Assembly (NCBI GenBank): GCA_025454775.1
Contig: JALONU010000001.1
Span: forward strand, 1 to 40,218
Length of the DNA stretch: 40,218 nucleotides
Direction of reading: 5' to 3'
Source: Bacteroidales bacterium
Lineage (GTDB): Bacteria; Bacteroidota; Bacteroidia; Bacteroidales; VadinHA17
In this document: in pieces, positions 1 through 9,491 of the stretch
How positions within the stretch are numbered: position 1 is the stretch's first letter
Layout of the letters: each line of letters opens with the position of its first letter
Position numbers and translations under genes: made by a program
Notes under the pieces: generated by a model
Told to the model about the DNA's origin: nothing
The model's input: only the letters and a program-made list of their open reading frames with translations
Databases searched by the model: none

Positions 1-2709
1 ATCTGTGAGGACAGCAGGCAGAATCTGTGGGTGGCCACCCTCACGAACGGGCTCAATCTCTTTGACAGATCCACCGGCAGGTTCAGGCGCTTCCAGTCGC
101 AGAACAGCTCTCTCTGCTTTAATTACCTTAATTACATCACCACCGATGGTTCCGATAACCTCTGGATCTGCTCATCAAACGGGCTGATCTTCTTCAATCC
201 ATCGCAGAACCTGTCGGTCTGTTATACAAATAATCCTGAAAACAGAAGCTCCATAAGCGATAATCATATTTCATCTGTATTTGAGGACAGCAGGGGACTG
301 TTCTGGGTATGTACGGGCAACGGACTTAACCTTATGGACAGGAAAAGGAATACTTTCAGATCCTTCCATGAATCGGACGGGCTTCCATCGAACTGGGTGC
401 TCCGCATGCTCGAGGATAAGAACCATGATCTCTGGATAAGCACCAAAAGCGGACTATCACGGATCAAGGTGACCTGGCTCAGGGGAGGCGATTCGCTGAC
501 TTTCAGCTTCAACAACTTCAGGATAAGTGACGGTCTTCAGGGCAGGGAGTTCAACGAAACGGCCGCAGCGTCAACCTCAGGGGGAGAGCTTCTGTTCGGA
601 GGTCCTGAAGGGCTCAACAGCTTCTACCCGCTCGAAATAAGGCAGGATGCTTCCTCTCCGGGTCTTGTCTTCACAAACTTCAGGGTATTCAACGATATCA
701 TAAATCCGGGAGAGAAATTCAATAACCGCATTCTTCTTGAGAAACCGGTTTTCAATACCACTGAGATCAGGCTCAGGCACAATGAAAATTCTTTTACCAT
801 CGATTTCGCTGCGCTGAACTTTTTCTTCCCCGATAGGACGCAGTATTCATATATACTTGAAGGTTTCAACAGGGAATGGGTCGGAACGGAGGGAAGAAAG
901 AATTTCGCCACCTACTCGAACCTCGACCAGGGAACTTATGTATTCAGGCTGAAAGGGACCAACTCCGACGGGATCTGGAGTGAGAATGAGATATCATTGA
1001 GGATCAGGGTATTACCGCCATTATGGAAGACGTGGTATGCCTATGTTTTCTATGGTTTGCTGATCGCCGGATCACTTGTCATGATCCGTTTCTATACCCT
1101 GAGAAGGGAGAGGCTCAGGACAAGGATGGAGCAGGAGAGAATAGCTGCTGAGCATGTCCATGAAATTGACTCGCTCAAGCTCAAGTTCTTTACAAACATA
1201 TCGCACGAATTCCGGACCCCGCTTACTCTTATTATATCACCGGTTGAGCAGATGCTTGCCAGGCTTAAGGGCAGGCCTGAGGAAAAACACCTGAGTCTTA
1301 TCAGGCAGAATGCCAGGAGGCTTCTCCTGATGGTCAACCAGCTGCTCGATTTCAGGAAGATGGAGGTTCAGGGCTTCAGGTACCAGCCCTCATACGGTGA
1401 CATTATAAGCTTCCTGAAGGAAGCTGTGAATTCCTTTTCCGACCTGAGCGAGCAAAAGCGCATCTTACTGAATTTCTCCTCAGATATCGACCACCTGGAT
1501 ACCTGGTTTGACAAGGACAAGCTCGAAAAGATTGTTTTTAACCTTCTTTCCAATGCTTTTAAATTCGTACATGAAAACGGAAGGATCTCGGTTTCTGTCT
1601 GGCTCGACAGGACAAGCCAGAGCAAAGACCAGTCTGTATCTTCAAGGAAAAACAGGAATCTTGTGATTGAGGTTGAGGACGACGGTATTGGCATAACTCC
1701 CGAGAAGATCGGGAACCTTTTCGATGGTATTTACCAGGATGAGGAGTCAGGACTTACCGAACAGGGGAATGGAATTGGACTATCGCTGGTAAAGGAATTT
1801 GTGAGGCTTCACGGAGGTGATGTGAGTGTCAGGAGTGAACCGGGAAAGGGAAGCACCTTTATCGTTTCAATACCTGTCCAGACGATCGCTGAGGGCATCG
1901 ATCCCGGAACAGGAGAGGAAACAGCAGCTGAATCAGAAGATCCAACGGAGTCAAGACCCGTCATTTTCATCGCGGAGGACAACGAAGACCTTCGTTTTTA
2001 CCTTAAAGAGAACCTGAGTAAGAAATATGTTATACATGAAGCTGCAGACGGCGATTCGGCTTTCAGGAAGATAATGAAAGTAATTCCCGACCTGATCATC
2101 TCCGATATCATGATGCCCGGAATTGACGGTGTTGAGCTTTGCAGGCGGATAAAGTCCGAAAAGACAACTCGTCATATACCGCTTATTCTTCTCACGGCAA
2201 AATACAGTGAACAGAACCAGATTGAAGGCATAGAGGCAGGAGCAGATGATTATATCACAAAGCCATTCAACTTCCAGATATTACAGTCGAAGATCGATAA
2301 TTTCATTAAGACGACAAGGAGCATAAAATCCCTCTTCAGGTCGAAGCTCGATATAGAACCGCCTGAAATTGAGATCACATCACTTGATGAGCAGTTTATC
2401 GAAAAAGCGATATCGGTGGTTGAGAAGAACATGACTGATGCCGATTTCACGGTCGAGGAGCTTAGCAGCCAGATGGGCATGAGCAGAACCCTGCTTTACA
2501 AGAAGATATTGTCACTTACGGGCAAGCCTCCGCTTGAATTCATTCGTCTTCTCAGGCTCAAGCGGGCAGCTGTGCTTTTACAGAAAAGCCAGCTCAATGT
2601 TTCGGAGGTCACTTTCAGGGTCGGTTTCAAGGATCCCAAATATTTCCGCAGGCAGTTCAAAAAGGTATATGGCGTTCTTCCGTCTCATTATCAGGGTAAT
2701 AAGACTTGA
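1..2709 (+). CDS. Hybrid two-component system (HTCS) sensor histidine kinase / response regulator with AraC-type HTH; 5' end lies outside the window
   Basis: Frame 1 is open from base 1 (ICEDSRQNLWVATLTNGLNLFD...), so the GTG at 31 is not the real start. Domains in order: periplasmic propeller-type repeats (LWI.T..GL); a Y_Y_Y-like segment (YSYILEGFNREW...GTYVFRLKGTNSDGIWSE); one TM helix (WYAYVFYGLLIAGSLVMI); the HisKA H-box (FFTNISHEFRTPLTLI); HATPase (GNGIGLSLVKEFVRLHGG); a receiver (IFIAEDNEDLRFYL...DLIISDIMMPGIDG); an AraC HTH tail (FKDPKYFRRQFKKVYG). Confidence 0.92.
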   Translation: MCEDSRQNLWVATLTNGLNLFDRSTGRFRRFQSQNSSLCFNYLNYITTDGSDNLWICSSNGLIFFNPSQNLSVCYTNNPENRSSISDNHISSVFEDSRGLFWVCTGNGLNLMDRKRNTFRSFHESDGLPSNWVLRMLEDKNHDLWISTKSGLSRIKVTWLRGGDSLTFSFNNFRISDGLQGREFNETAAASTSGGELLFGGPEGLNSFYPLEIRQDASSPGLVFTNFRVFNDIINPGEKFNNRILLEKPVFNTTEIRLRHNENSFTIDFAALNFFFPDRTQYSYILEGFNREWVGTEGRKNFATYSNLDQGTYVFRLKGTNSDGIWSENEISLRIRVLPPLWKTWYAYVFYGLLIAGSLVMIRFYTLRRERLRTRMEQERIAAEHVHEIDSLKLKFFTNISHEFRTPLTLIISPVEQMLARLKGRPEEKHLSLIRQNARRLLLMVNQLLDFRKMEVQGFRYQPSYGDIISFLKEAVNSFSDLSEQKRILLNFSSDIDHLDTWFDKDKLEKIVFNLLSNAFKFVHENGRISVSVWLDRTSQSKDQSVSSRKNRNLVIEVEDDGIGITPEKIGNLFDGIYQDEESGLTEQGNGIGLSLVKEFVRLHGGDVSVRSEPGKGSTFIVSIPVQTIAEGIDPGTGEETAAESEDPTESRPVIFIAEDNEDLRFYLKENLSKKYVIHEAADGDSAFRKIMKVIPDLIISDIMMPGIDGVELCRRIKSEKTTRHIPLILLTAKYSEQNQIEGIEAGADDYITKPFNFQILQSKIDNFIKTTRSIKSLFRSKLDIEPPEIEITSLDEQFIEKAISVVEKNMTDADFTVEELSSQMGMSRTLLYKKILSLTGKPPLEFIRLLRLKRAAVLLQKSQLNVSEVTFRVGFKDPKYFRRQFKKVYGVLPSHYQGNKT

Positions 2710-2795
2710 ATCAAGGATCAGCCTCATTCTTAAAATACCTGATTGACCCCCTAAACTTTAACAATAGTGCTTGCTGAAAAAGCTTAAAAATTTCT

Positions 2796-2803
2796 TAAAT
2801 TTG
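2796..2803 (+). promoter_or_regulatory. Candidate Bacteroidota -7 promoter box (TAnnTTTG) upstream of susC
   Basis: TAAATTTG matches the TAnnTTTG consensus, about 90 nt upstream of the susC ATG. The -33 TTTG is only approximated (CTTG at about 2770). This is a motif match only. Confidence 0.25.
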
Positions 2804-2894
2804 AATGACCTGATTAAATACACGGGAATTTTATTCCTGCGTTCAACCTAATTCTAACCAAAATGAGTGATTTCTTATCCTAAAACCCAAGACT

Positions 2895-5800
2895 ATGTTA
2901 AAACGAAGTGTACTAATTTTTTTGTTACTACTGGCTAATCTGAGCCTGATAGCCCAGCAGACCATCTCCGGGGTTGTCAGGGATCAGTCGGGGCAACCTA
3001 TGTCGGGAGTGACAGTTGTTGTGCAGGGTACTTCCGTCGGAACCCTGACCGGCGTTGACGGGAGATACTCACTGCAGGCGCCGGCAGGTGCCGCAACCCT
3101 TCAATTCTCATTCATAGGTTATACCACACTGAACGAGCCTATCGGAGGCAGAACAGCCGTTGATGTGGCTCTTAAAGAGATGGTGACCGGGCTGGATGAG
3201 GTTGTGGTGGTTGGTTACGGAACTCTGAGGAAGAAGCTCGTTACCGGTGCCACAGTCCAGGTAAAGGGTGAAGACATCCAGAAGCTGAGCACGGTTTCAC
3301 CGATGACAGCTCTCCAGGGTCAGACACCCGGTCTATCGATTATTAAGAATACAGGGCAGCCCGGCGACGGATTCAAGGTCAACATCCGAGGCATGGGTAC
3401 CATAGGAAACTCACAGCCCCTGTACGTAATCGATGGTGTACCGGGAGGGAACATCGATAATCTTGCTCCTGCCGATATTGAAACCATCGACGTCCTGAAA
3501 GACGCTGCCTCTTCAGCAATTTACGGTTCGCGCGGTGCTAATGGTGTTATCCTGGTTACGACAAAGAAAGGTGTAAAGCCTGCCAGCGGTTACAAGGCAA
3601 ATATCAGTTACGACGGTTCATTCGGCTGGCAGAACCTTTACAAGAAACTCCCGCTGATGAACGGCCTCGAGTATGCTAACATAGTAAATGAAGCCAGGGT
3701 TAACAGCGGCATGCCTCTGTTCACATATTCAGATGTACCGGACTGGGACAGGATAGTGTCCGGCGCATGGGAGGGAACTGACTGGATCGATGAACTTACA
3801 AATGAGAATGCCCCGGTAATGAACAATGCTCTTAACATTACAGGCGGTTCGGAAGCCGGAACATATTCACTGGGACTCTCTCATTCAAAACAGGAAGGTA
3901 TCTTCGGAACCCCGGTTGAATCAGTCTATGAAAGGTTCTCAGTCCGTCTCAATACCGACTTTATACTCCTCAGGGACAAGACAAATACCTTTACAATAAT
4001 AAGGGCAGGAGAAACCTTAAGATATGTGAATTCCAATTCACATGGTGTGGGGACCAGCAACCAGTACTGGAACGACGTATTCAGCTGCATTATTGCAAGC
4101 CCCTTCCTTCCGTTACTTGCTGCCGATGAAACTGACAAGGCATATCCATACCATTATGCAATTCCGTTCAACTCACAGGCATCTAACCCGATTGCCCAAA
4201 TGGTTTATTCAAGAGGCCTCAACAACAGCCAGAACCACAACCTTAACGGAAGCGTCTATATCGAGATCCAGCCGATCAGGAATTTGGTATTCCGCAGTTC
4301 ATTCGGCTACGGAATGTCAGCAGGATCATGGAGAAGCTATACCCCCGTTTATGATCTGAGTTCAACATCTTTCAACGGAGAGGACGATGTGAGCCATTCG
4401 ATGTGGGAAGGCTACAACTGGACCTGGGAAAACACTCTTTCATATAATTTCATGCTCGGAACCGACCACAATTTCACAGCCCTCCTGGGAACATCTGCTG
4501 AAAGATCAGGGCTTGGCGAAAACCTTAGCGGATCAAATTCCAATTCCCTTTTCAGCGATTTTGAGCATGCTTATCTCGACAACACACCGGTGATTGATGT
4601 GAATCTCACAAATATTGGAAGCAGCCCATGGGGAATCGGTGGTATCATATCCTACTTCGGACGTGTTTCCTACAACTTCAGGGAAAAATATATGGCTACG
4701 GCAGTTCTCCGTGCCGATGCATCGTCGAATTTCATGCTCGGCAACAGGTGGGGTTATTTCCCCTCTTTCTCTGCCGGATGGGTGGTTTCAGAGGAAAATT
4801 TCTTCGCCAACGTTAAGGACAAGGTCAACTTCCTGAAAATCCGCGGAGGCTGGGGCCAGAACGGGAACCAGTCCATCCCCAGGTTCCAGTATCTGGCTAC
4901 CATCTCGTTCGCCAATGTCAACTATTTCTTCGGACCAGATAAAGCTGAGGTATCGACCGGAGGTTATCCCAACATCCTTCCAAATCCGGATGTAACATGG
5001 GAAACTTCAGACCAGGTCAATATAGGATTTGATGCACGCTTCCTGAAAAACAAGCTTACCGCAGAGTTTGACTGGTACAGGAGAACAACCTACGACTGGC
5101 TGGTCAATCCCTCGATGCTTGCATCCTATGGAACAAATGCACCTTATATTAATGGCGGCGACGTTCTCAACACAGGTGTCGAGCTTGCCTTAGGGTACAG
5201 CGACAACGCAGGTGATCTGAGGTATACAGTTGGTATAAACGGATCGTATAACAAGAATGAGGTCAAGAGGATTGCCAACAACGAAGGAATATTCCATGGT
5301 CCGGGTAACGTGCTCGGACAGGGAACGGAAGAGCTCTATCGCGCACAGGTAGGTTATCCTATCGGTTATTTCTGGGGCTATAAGACACTCGGGGTATTCC
5401 AGACAGAGACTGAAGTTTCCGAATACCGGAATTCGGAAGGCAAGGTGATCCAGCCGACAGCTGTTGCCGGCGACCTTATCTTCGATGATACCGACGACAA
5501 CGGGGTGATTGATTATAACGACAAGGTCATGATAGGTGATCCCAATCCCGATTTCATCGTTGGGTTCAGCCTGTCGCTGGCTTATAAGGGATTCGACTTC
5601 AGTATGTTGTCGAACGGAGCTTTCGGACAGCAGATAGCACGCAGCTGGCGCCGCTGGGCCGACTCTCCTCTTAACAACTATACTACCGACGTCTTCGACA
5701 GATGGCACGGAGTAGGTTCTTCAGACAAATATCCGAGGCTTACATACGGAGCCCATCCCAACTGGCAATACAACTCCGATATTTTCATCGAAGATGCAGA

Positions 5801-6041
5801 TTATATGAAGATCAGCAACGTGACCCTGGGTTACGATCTGAAGGCTTTACTGAAGACAATTCCTCTTGCTTCTGCCCGGTTCTTCGTGACAGTTCAGAAC
5901 CTGTATACATTCACTGGCTATTCGGGGATGGACCCTGAGATCGGAGCAGGTTCAGGGACCGACAGCTGGGCAAAAGGGATAGATATCGGATTTTATCCTT
6001 CTCCCCGGACAGTTATGCTGGGTGCAAGCTTGAAATTTTAA
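2895..6041 (+). CDS. susC: SusC/RagA-family TonB-dependent outer-membrane transporter
   Basis: 1048 aa. Signal peptide, then a carboxypeptidase-regulatory-like domain (ISGVVRDQSGQPMSGVTVVVQGTSVGTLTGVDGRYSL), a TonB-box-like DEVVVVGYG, a plug (IDVLKDAASSAIYGSRGANGVILVTTKKG) and a C-terminal barrel ending in F. A susD gene follows 3 nt downstream. Confidence 0.95.
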   Translation: MLKRSVLIFLLLLANLSLIAQQTISGVVRDQSGQPMSGVTVVVQGTSVGTLTGVDGRYSLQAPAGAATLQFSFIGYTTLNEPIGGRTAVDVALKEMVTGLDEVVVVGYGTLRKKLVTGATVQVKGEDIQKLSTVSPMTALQGQTPGLSIIKNTGQPGDGFKVNIRGMGTIGNSQPLYVIDGVPGGNIDNLAPADIETIDVLKDAASSAIYGSRGANGVILVTTKKGVKPASGYKANISYDGSFGWQNLYKKLPLMNGLEYANIVNEARVNSGMPLFTYSDVPDWDRIVSGAWEGTDWIDELTNENAPVMNNALNITGGSEAGTYSLGLSHSKQEGIFGTPVESVYERFSVRLNTDFILLRDKTNTFTIIRAGETLRYVNSNSHGVGTSNQYWNDVFSCIIASPFLPLLAADETDKAYPYHYAIPFNSQASNPIAQMVYSRGLNNSQNHNLNGSVYIEIQPIRNLVFRSSFGYGMSAGSWRSYTPVYDLSSTSFNGEDDVSHSMWEGYNWTWENTLSYNFMLGTDHNFTALLGTSAERSGLGENLSGSNSNSLFSDFEHAYLDNTPVIDVNLTNIGSSPWGIGGIISYFGRVSYNFREKYMATAVLRADASSNFMLGNRWGYFPSFSAGWVVSEENFFANVKDKVNFLKIRGGWGQNGNQSIPRFQYLATISFANVNYFFGPDKAEVSTGGYPNILPNPDVTWETSDQVNIGFDARFLKNKLTAEFDWYRRTTYDWLVNPSMLASYGTNAPYINGGDVLNTGVELALGYSDNAGDLRYTVGINGSYNKNEVKRIANNEGIFHGPGNVLGQGTEELYRAQVGYPIGYFWGYKTLGVFQTETEVSEYRNSEGKVIQPTAVAGDLIFDDTDDNGVIDYNDKVMIGDPNPDFIVGFSLSLAYKGFDFSMLSNGAFGQQIARSWRRWADSPLNNYTTDVFDRWHGVGSSDKYPRLTYGAHPNWQYNSDIFIEDADYMKISNVTLGYDLKALLKTIPLASARFFVTVQNLYTFTGYSGMDPEIGAGSGTDSWAKGIDIGFYPSPRTVMLGASLKF

Positions 6042-6044
6042 AAG

Positions 6045-7838
6045 ATGAAGAATATGAAAAAGATATTTCTGTTACTATTTTCAGTTGTAGTGCTGGCGGG
6101 CTGCACCGAGGATTTTCTTGATACTGTTCCGCTGACATCGAAAACGAACAACGACTTTTACCAGACAGTGTCCGATATGGAGCAAGGTCTTACAGCTGCC
6201 TACCAGACACTTGTCGATGTACCGGGCGGAGGCTGGGTTATTGCCTGTTATCCATTCGCTATGTCCGAGATAATGTCGGATGAGCGGTTTGGCGGAGGCG
6301 GAGACAATGACCGCGGGGTAAGGGCGATATGCGACTTCAAGATCGAAGGCTCTGATATGTTTATTTTTCCCTGGAAGAGAGCCTATACCGGGATCTACAG
6401 GTGCAACATGATCCTCGAAAACATCGACAAACCGAAATGGGAGAGTGAGGCACAGAAGGGTAAGGTGGAAGGACAGGCACGTTTCCTGAGGGCAATGATG
6501 TACTTCGATCTATCAAGAATGTTCGGGGAAGTGCCCCTGATTATTGAAACCAAACCTCAGAATCTGCCTAAAGCACCAGCAGCTGATACTTATGCACAGA
6601 TAGCTGCCGACCTGAAAGCTGCCATAGAAGCCTTCCCAAGTGTTCCTTACGGAGTGGCAACCTATTCTGATCTGGGCCGTGCGAACAGGTGGAATGCTGA
6701 AGCCATGATGGCAAGGGTATTCCTGTTCTATACAGGTTATTACGGCGAAGACGCACTTCCTCTTCCCGACGGAGGAACGGTTACAAAAGCAGAAGTCGTT
6801 ACATGGCTCGAGGACTGCATCGACAACAGCGGTTACCAGCTCATGCCCGAATTCAGGAACCTCTGGCCCTATGCCTTGGCTAATGCAACAAATTCGGAAA
6901 AACCCTACAAGTATGCTGTCGACAACAATCTTTCCTGGTACGGGGAAGAAGGTACGAATGCTGAAACGATGTTCGCCCTGAAATTCTCGACATTTGCCGA
7001 CTGGGGTACAAGCATTTATTACAGCAACCAGATGAACCTCTTTTTCGGATGGCGTCAGTATTCATATAAAGGTGCTATGGGAGAAGGCTGGGGAATGGGT
7101 ACTGTAAATAAAAAGCTCTGGGATGCATGGCCTGATGAAGATATGCGCAAGAGAGGGTCCATCTGCAAGGTCGATGATGATGCCGTTGAGGGTATTGATG
7201 CAAGCTACGGTCTTGGCGTTGATACTCACGACAAGCAGATGGATGAAACCGGCTACTGGCAGAAAAAGTACAGGCCGATCAACCTCTACAATGACGGTGA
7301 ATGGCATAATTACAGCGTTGAGTTTTATAATGCTACCAGGAATTTCCAGCTCGATAACATGCAGGATATAGTTCTGATAAGATTTGCAGACGTTCTTCTG
7401 ATGCATTCAGAACTTACCGAGACAGTTGACGGCATAAATCAGGTGAGGGCACGGTCGAGTGTTCCTATTGCTGACCCTCCCCCTGCAACTACAACTCACC
7501 CTTCGTTACCTCCGCTTGCTACTTATACGCTGGAAGCACTTAAGAATGAACGCCGGTTTGAACTTGCATTCGAAGGCGTCCGTTACTATGACCTTATGCG
7601 CTGGTATGGCAAGAATAACCTCACCGGCCTGGAGCAGCACCTTGAATCGGCACAGAACGGAGTACCCACTTTCAACAATGGTGTATGGGGTGTAAAGAAA
7701 GGAGTTGACTTCAGACCGATCACAGGAGGGTTTATCCAGATACCCAACCAGGAGGTTCAGCTTTCGGAAGGAGTGCTGATCCAAAATCCGGGATGGGAAC
7801 CGGGCGTTGCCCCTGTTTACTCATTCAGTGCACGTTAG
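6045..7838 (+). CDS. susD: SusD/RagB-family glycan-binding outer-membrane lipoprotein
   Basis: 597 aa. Lipoprotein signal (VVLAGC), TPR-like helical core, and typical SusD motifs (RAYTGIYRCN, GQARFLRAMMYFDLSRMFG, ERRFELAFEGVRYYDLMRW). Sits immediately after susC. Confidence 0.95.
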   Translation: MKNMKKIFLLLFSVVVLAGCTEDFLDTVPLTSKTNNDFYQTVSDMEQGLTAAYQTLVDVPGGGWVIACYPFAMSEIMSDERFGGGGDNDRGVRAICDFKIEGSDMFIFPWKRAYTGIYRCNMILENIDKPKWESEAQKGKVEGQARFLRAMMYFDLSRMFGEVPLIIETKPQNLPKAPAADTYAQIAADLKAAIEAFPSVPYGVATYSDLGRANRWNAEAMMARVFLFYTGYYGEDALPLPDGGTVTKAEVVTWLEDCIDNSGYQLMPEFRNLWPYALANATNSEKPYKYAVDNNLSWYGEEGTNAETMFALKFSTFADWGTSIYYSNQMNLFFGWRQYSYKGAMGEGWGMGTVNKKLWDAWPDEDMRKRGSICKVDDDAVEGIDASYGLGVDTHDKQMDETGYWQKKYRPINLYNDGEWHNYSVEFYNATRNFQLDNMQDIVLIRFADVLLMHSELTETVDGINQVRARSSVPIADPPPATTTHPSLPPLATYTLEALKNERRFELAFEGVRYYDLMRWYGKNNLTGLEQHLESAQNGVPTFNNGVWGVKKGVDFRPITGGFIQIPNQEVQLSEGVLIQNPGWEPGVAPVYSFSAR

Positions 7839-7859
7839 AAACTTATAAGGAGAACAGAT

Positions 7860-8690
7860 ATGAAAAGAAAGATATTTTACCTGGTGGCAGGAACAGCGTT
7901 GTTGATAGCTTCCTGCGAACCTATAGAGAAACGGCAGGACGCAGGGCCCATAGTTCCGGCTGAGGACTTTGTCTTCACCATAACGAATGATGCAGCCAAC
8001 GATTACATCCTGTACCTCGACAACAAAACACCCGAGGTAATGTTCTCATGGGATTATGCCTGGGGAGTAACCAGGAAACAACAGGACACTGTACGTATGC
8101 TGGTTCCCGGCAATTATACAATAAAAATAACAGCTCTTACCGCCGGGGGCATAGTAACCACAACGAAGAATGTAACTGTAACCAAATCGGATCCGAACGC
8201 CTTCCAGGAACCTGAATGGGCATATCTGACCAATTTTACGGCAGGAAAAACCTGGGTGTGGAACGACAACCTGTCCGGTGTCTGGGGGAACGGAGGATAC
8301 AAGGGATGCAATGCTCCCTGCTGGTGGGTTGTTAATAAAGCCGGTGTGGACGGACAGGGCGCAGGCAGTGATGAAATGATATTCGACCTGAACGGAGGGA
8401 TGAACCTCACCCTTAAAGCTGCGTCAAGACCAGCGGCATACAAGGGTACGACAAAAGGCACATTTACCCTCAGTTTCACTCCTACCTTTGCCGGCTGGGA
8501 TGTCGGGACTCTTAAATGTACGAATGTCACTATCCCGCTTGGTGTGCAGGTTAATTTCTCAGATCAGATCCAGTATGAATACTATGTGCTCAAGCTGGAT
8601 GAAGATGAACTGAACCTGGCAGCCCCTGAACCCGGAGTAACATGGGACTGGGGGACTGCGTGGTTCTGGATGTTCAAACCGAAAAATTAA
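7860..8690 (+). CDS. PUL-encoded surface lipoprotein, candidate surface glycan-binding protein (function unknown)
   Basis: 276 aa with lipobox LLIASC. N-terminal Ig/PKD-like segment (GNYTIKITALTAGGIVTTTKNVTV) and a Trp-rich C-terminal half. Its position downstream of susD is typical of SGBPs. I recognised no catalytic motif. Confidence 0.6.
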   Translation: MKRKIFYLVAGTALLIASCEPIEKRQDAGPIVPAEDFVFTITNDAANDYILYLDNKTPEVMFSWDYAWGVTRKQQDTVRMLVPGNYTIKITALTAGGIVTTTKNVTVTKSDPNAFQEPEWAYLTNFTAGKTWVWNDNLSGVWGNGGYKGCNAPCWWVVNKAGVDGQGAGSDEMIFDLNGGMNLTLKAASRPAAYKGTTKGTFTLSFTPTFAGWDVGTLKCTNVTIPLGVQVNFSDQIQYEYYVLKLDEDELNLAAPEPGVTWDWGTAWFWMFKPKN

Positions 8691-8709
8691 GAACCAGTCA
8701 TTCTTTTTT

Positions 8710-8745
8710 GCAGAGACGCCCGGGAAGGGCGTCTCTGCTGTTTAT
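8710..8745 (+). terminator. Rho-independent-type terminator hairpin
   Basis: Perfect 12-bp stem GCAGAGACGCCC (8710..8721) / GGGCGTCTCTGC (8727..8738) with a 5-nt loop, followed by TGTTTAT. It lies 20 nt after the lipoprotein stop codon. Confidence 0.6.
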
Positions 8746-8767
8746 ATGCATTTAAATGATCTGCAAT

Positions 8768-8798
8768 TTTGAACTTCGGGTCACTTGATTTAGATTTG
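8768..8798 (+). promoter_or_regulatory. Candidate Bacteroidota promoter (-33 TTTG / -7 TAnnTTTG) for the 8814..23618 gene block
   Basis: TTTG at 8768..8771 and TAGATTTG at 8791..8798 are separated by 19 nt, inside the 19-21 nt window of the Bacteroides consensus. The site lies between the terminator and the ATG at 8814. Confidence 0.35.
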
Positions 8799-8813
8799 AT
8801 CAAATTTATATGT

Positions 8814-9491
8814 ATGAAGGTTATACCTGTCGTATGTCTGTCATTTCTTGCTGTCTCATGCATCAGTAAAGACACCCTGACAGTTAATGGAACTGTTGAT
8901 GATCCTGCCCTGAATAATACAAAAGTATATTTTGTCGCGTCCGACGGACCAGTCACCCATGATGTGGATTCAGCTATAATAATTGACGGAAGATTCAGGT
9001 TTGTTAAAAAAGCTGATTCCATGCGTGTGAGGATCGTAAGGGTCCCGGTCAGATTCCCGGGAGCATTGGAGGATCTTGTTACAGTCCTTGAGAAGGGAAC
9101 TATTGATGTTGACCTGTCAGCAAACAGCAGGGGGGGTGGAACAAGACTTAATAACAGGCTTCAGGAATGGAAGGATTATAAACATTCACATGACTCTCTT
9201 CAGTCGGATCTTTACGCATTAAAAAGACAGGAAGGTACAACAAAAGAATATACCGACAGCCTGTTGATGAAGTCAGCCCTCTTAAACCAGGAATACAGAA
9301 GCTACGTTTTTAACCTGATGAATGAAAACCTTCATAATGGCATCGGCCTGCTTCTTTTCAAGGTGTATTACCATGAGATTGCGGTTGAGGAAAAGAAGAG
9401 GATTCTGGACCTTACAGGGAATATTTATCTTGAAAAAGACGCACAGCTCAGGAACATGGTAATGAACGACAAATCCCTTAACCCGGAATGA
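8814..9491 (+). CDS. Small lipoprotein with a DUF4369-like N-terminal beta domain and a helical C-terminal half (function unknown)
   Basis: I prefer the start at 8814 (MKVIPVVCLSFLAVSC lipobox) over the ORF-track start at 8769. The N-terminus (LTVNGTVDDPALNNTKVYFVASDG...IIDGRFRF) resembles the DUF4369 domain usually fused to TlpA-like thioredoxins in Bacteroidota, but no CxxC or thioredoxin domain is present here. The stop overlaps the next ATG (ATGA at 9488..9491). Confidence 0.55.
   Translation: MKVIPVVCLSFLAVSCISKDTLTVNGTVDDPALNNTKVYFVASDGPVTHDVDSAIIIDGRFRFVKKADSMRVRIVRVPVRFPGALEDLVTVLEKGTIDVDLSANSRGGGTRLNNRLQEWKDYKHSHDSLQSDLYALKRQEGTTKEYTDSLLMKSALLNQEYRSYVFNLMNENLHNGIGLLLFKVYYHEIAVEEKKRILDLTGNIYLEKDAQLRNMVMNDKSLNPE

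Noticed and set aside
5190-5708. Long antisense or alternative-frame ORFs inside well-supported genes: 5..187, 5190..5708, 8114..8530, 9913..10335, 19749..20306, 20780..21181, 29221..29643, 31828..32253, 32338..32733, 37414..37815 and the other track entries of 60-185 aa.
   Set aside because: All are fully embedded in, or largely overlap, much longer ORFs with clear family signatures on the other strand or frame. They have no signal, motif or start context of their own, so they are typical shadow ORFs.
8769-8813. Upstream starts for the small lipoprotein (8769) and for the ankyrin gene (27093).
   Set aside because: The internal ATGs (8814 and 27132) give proper lipoboxes. The upstream ATGs lie inside a candidate promoter and a terminator hairpin loop respectively.
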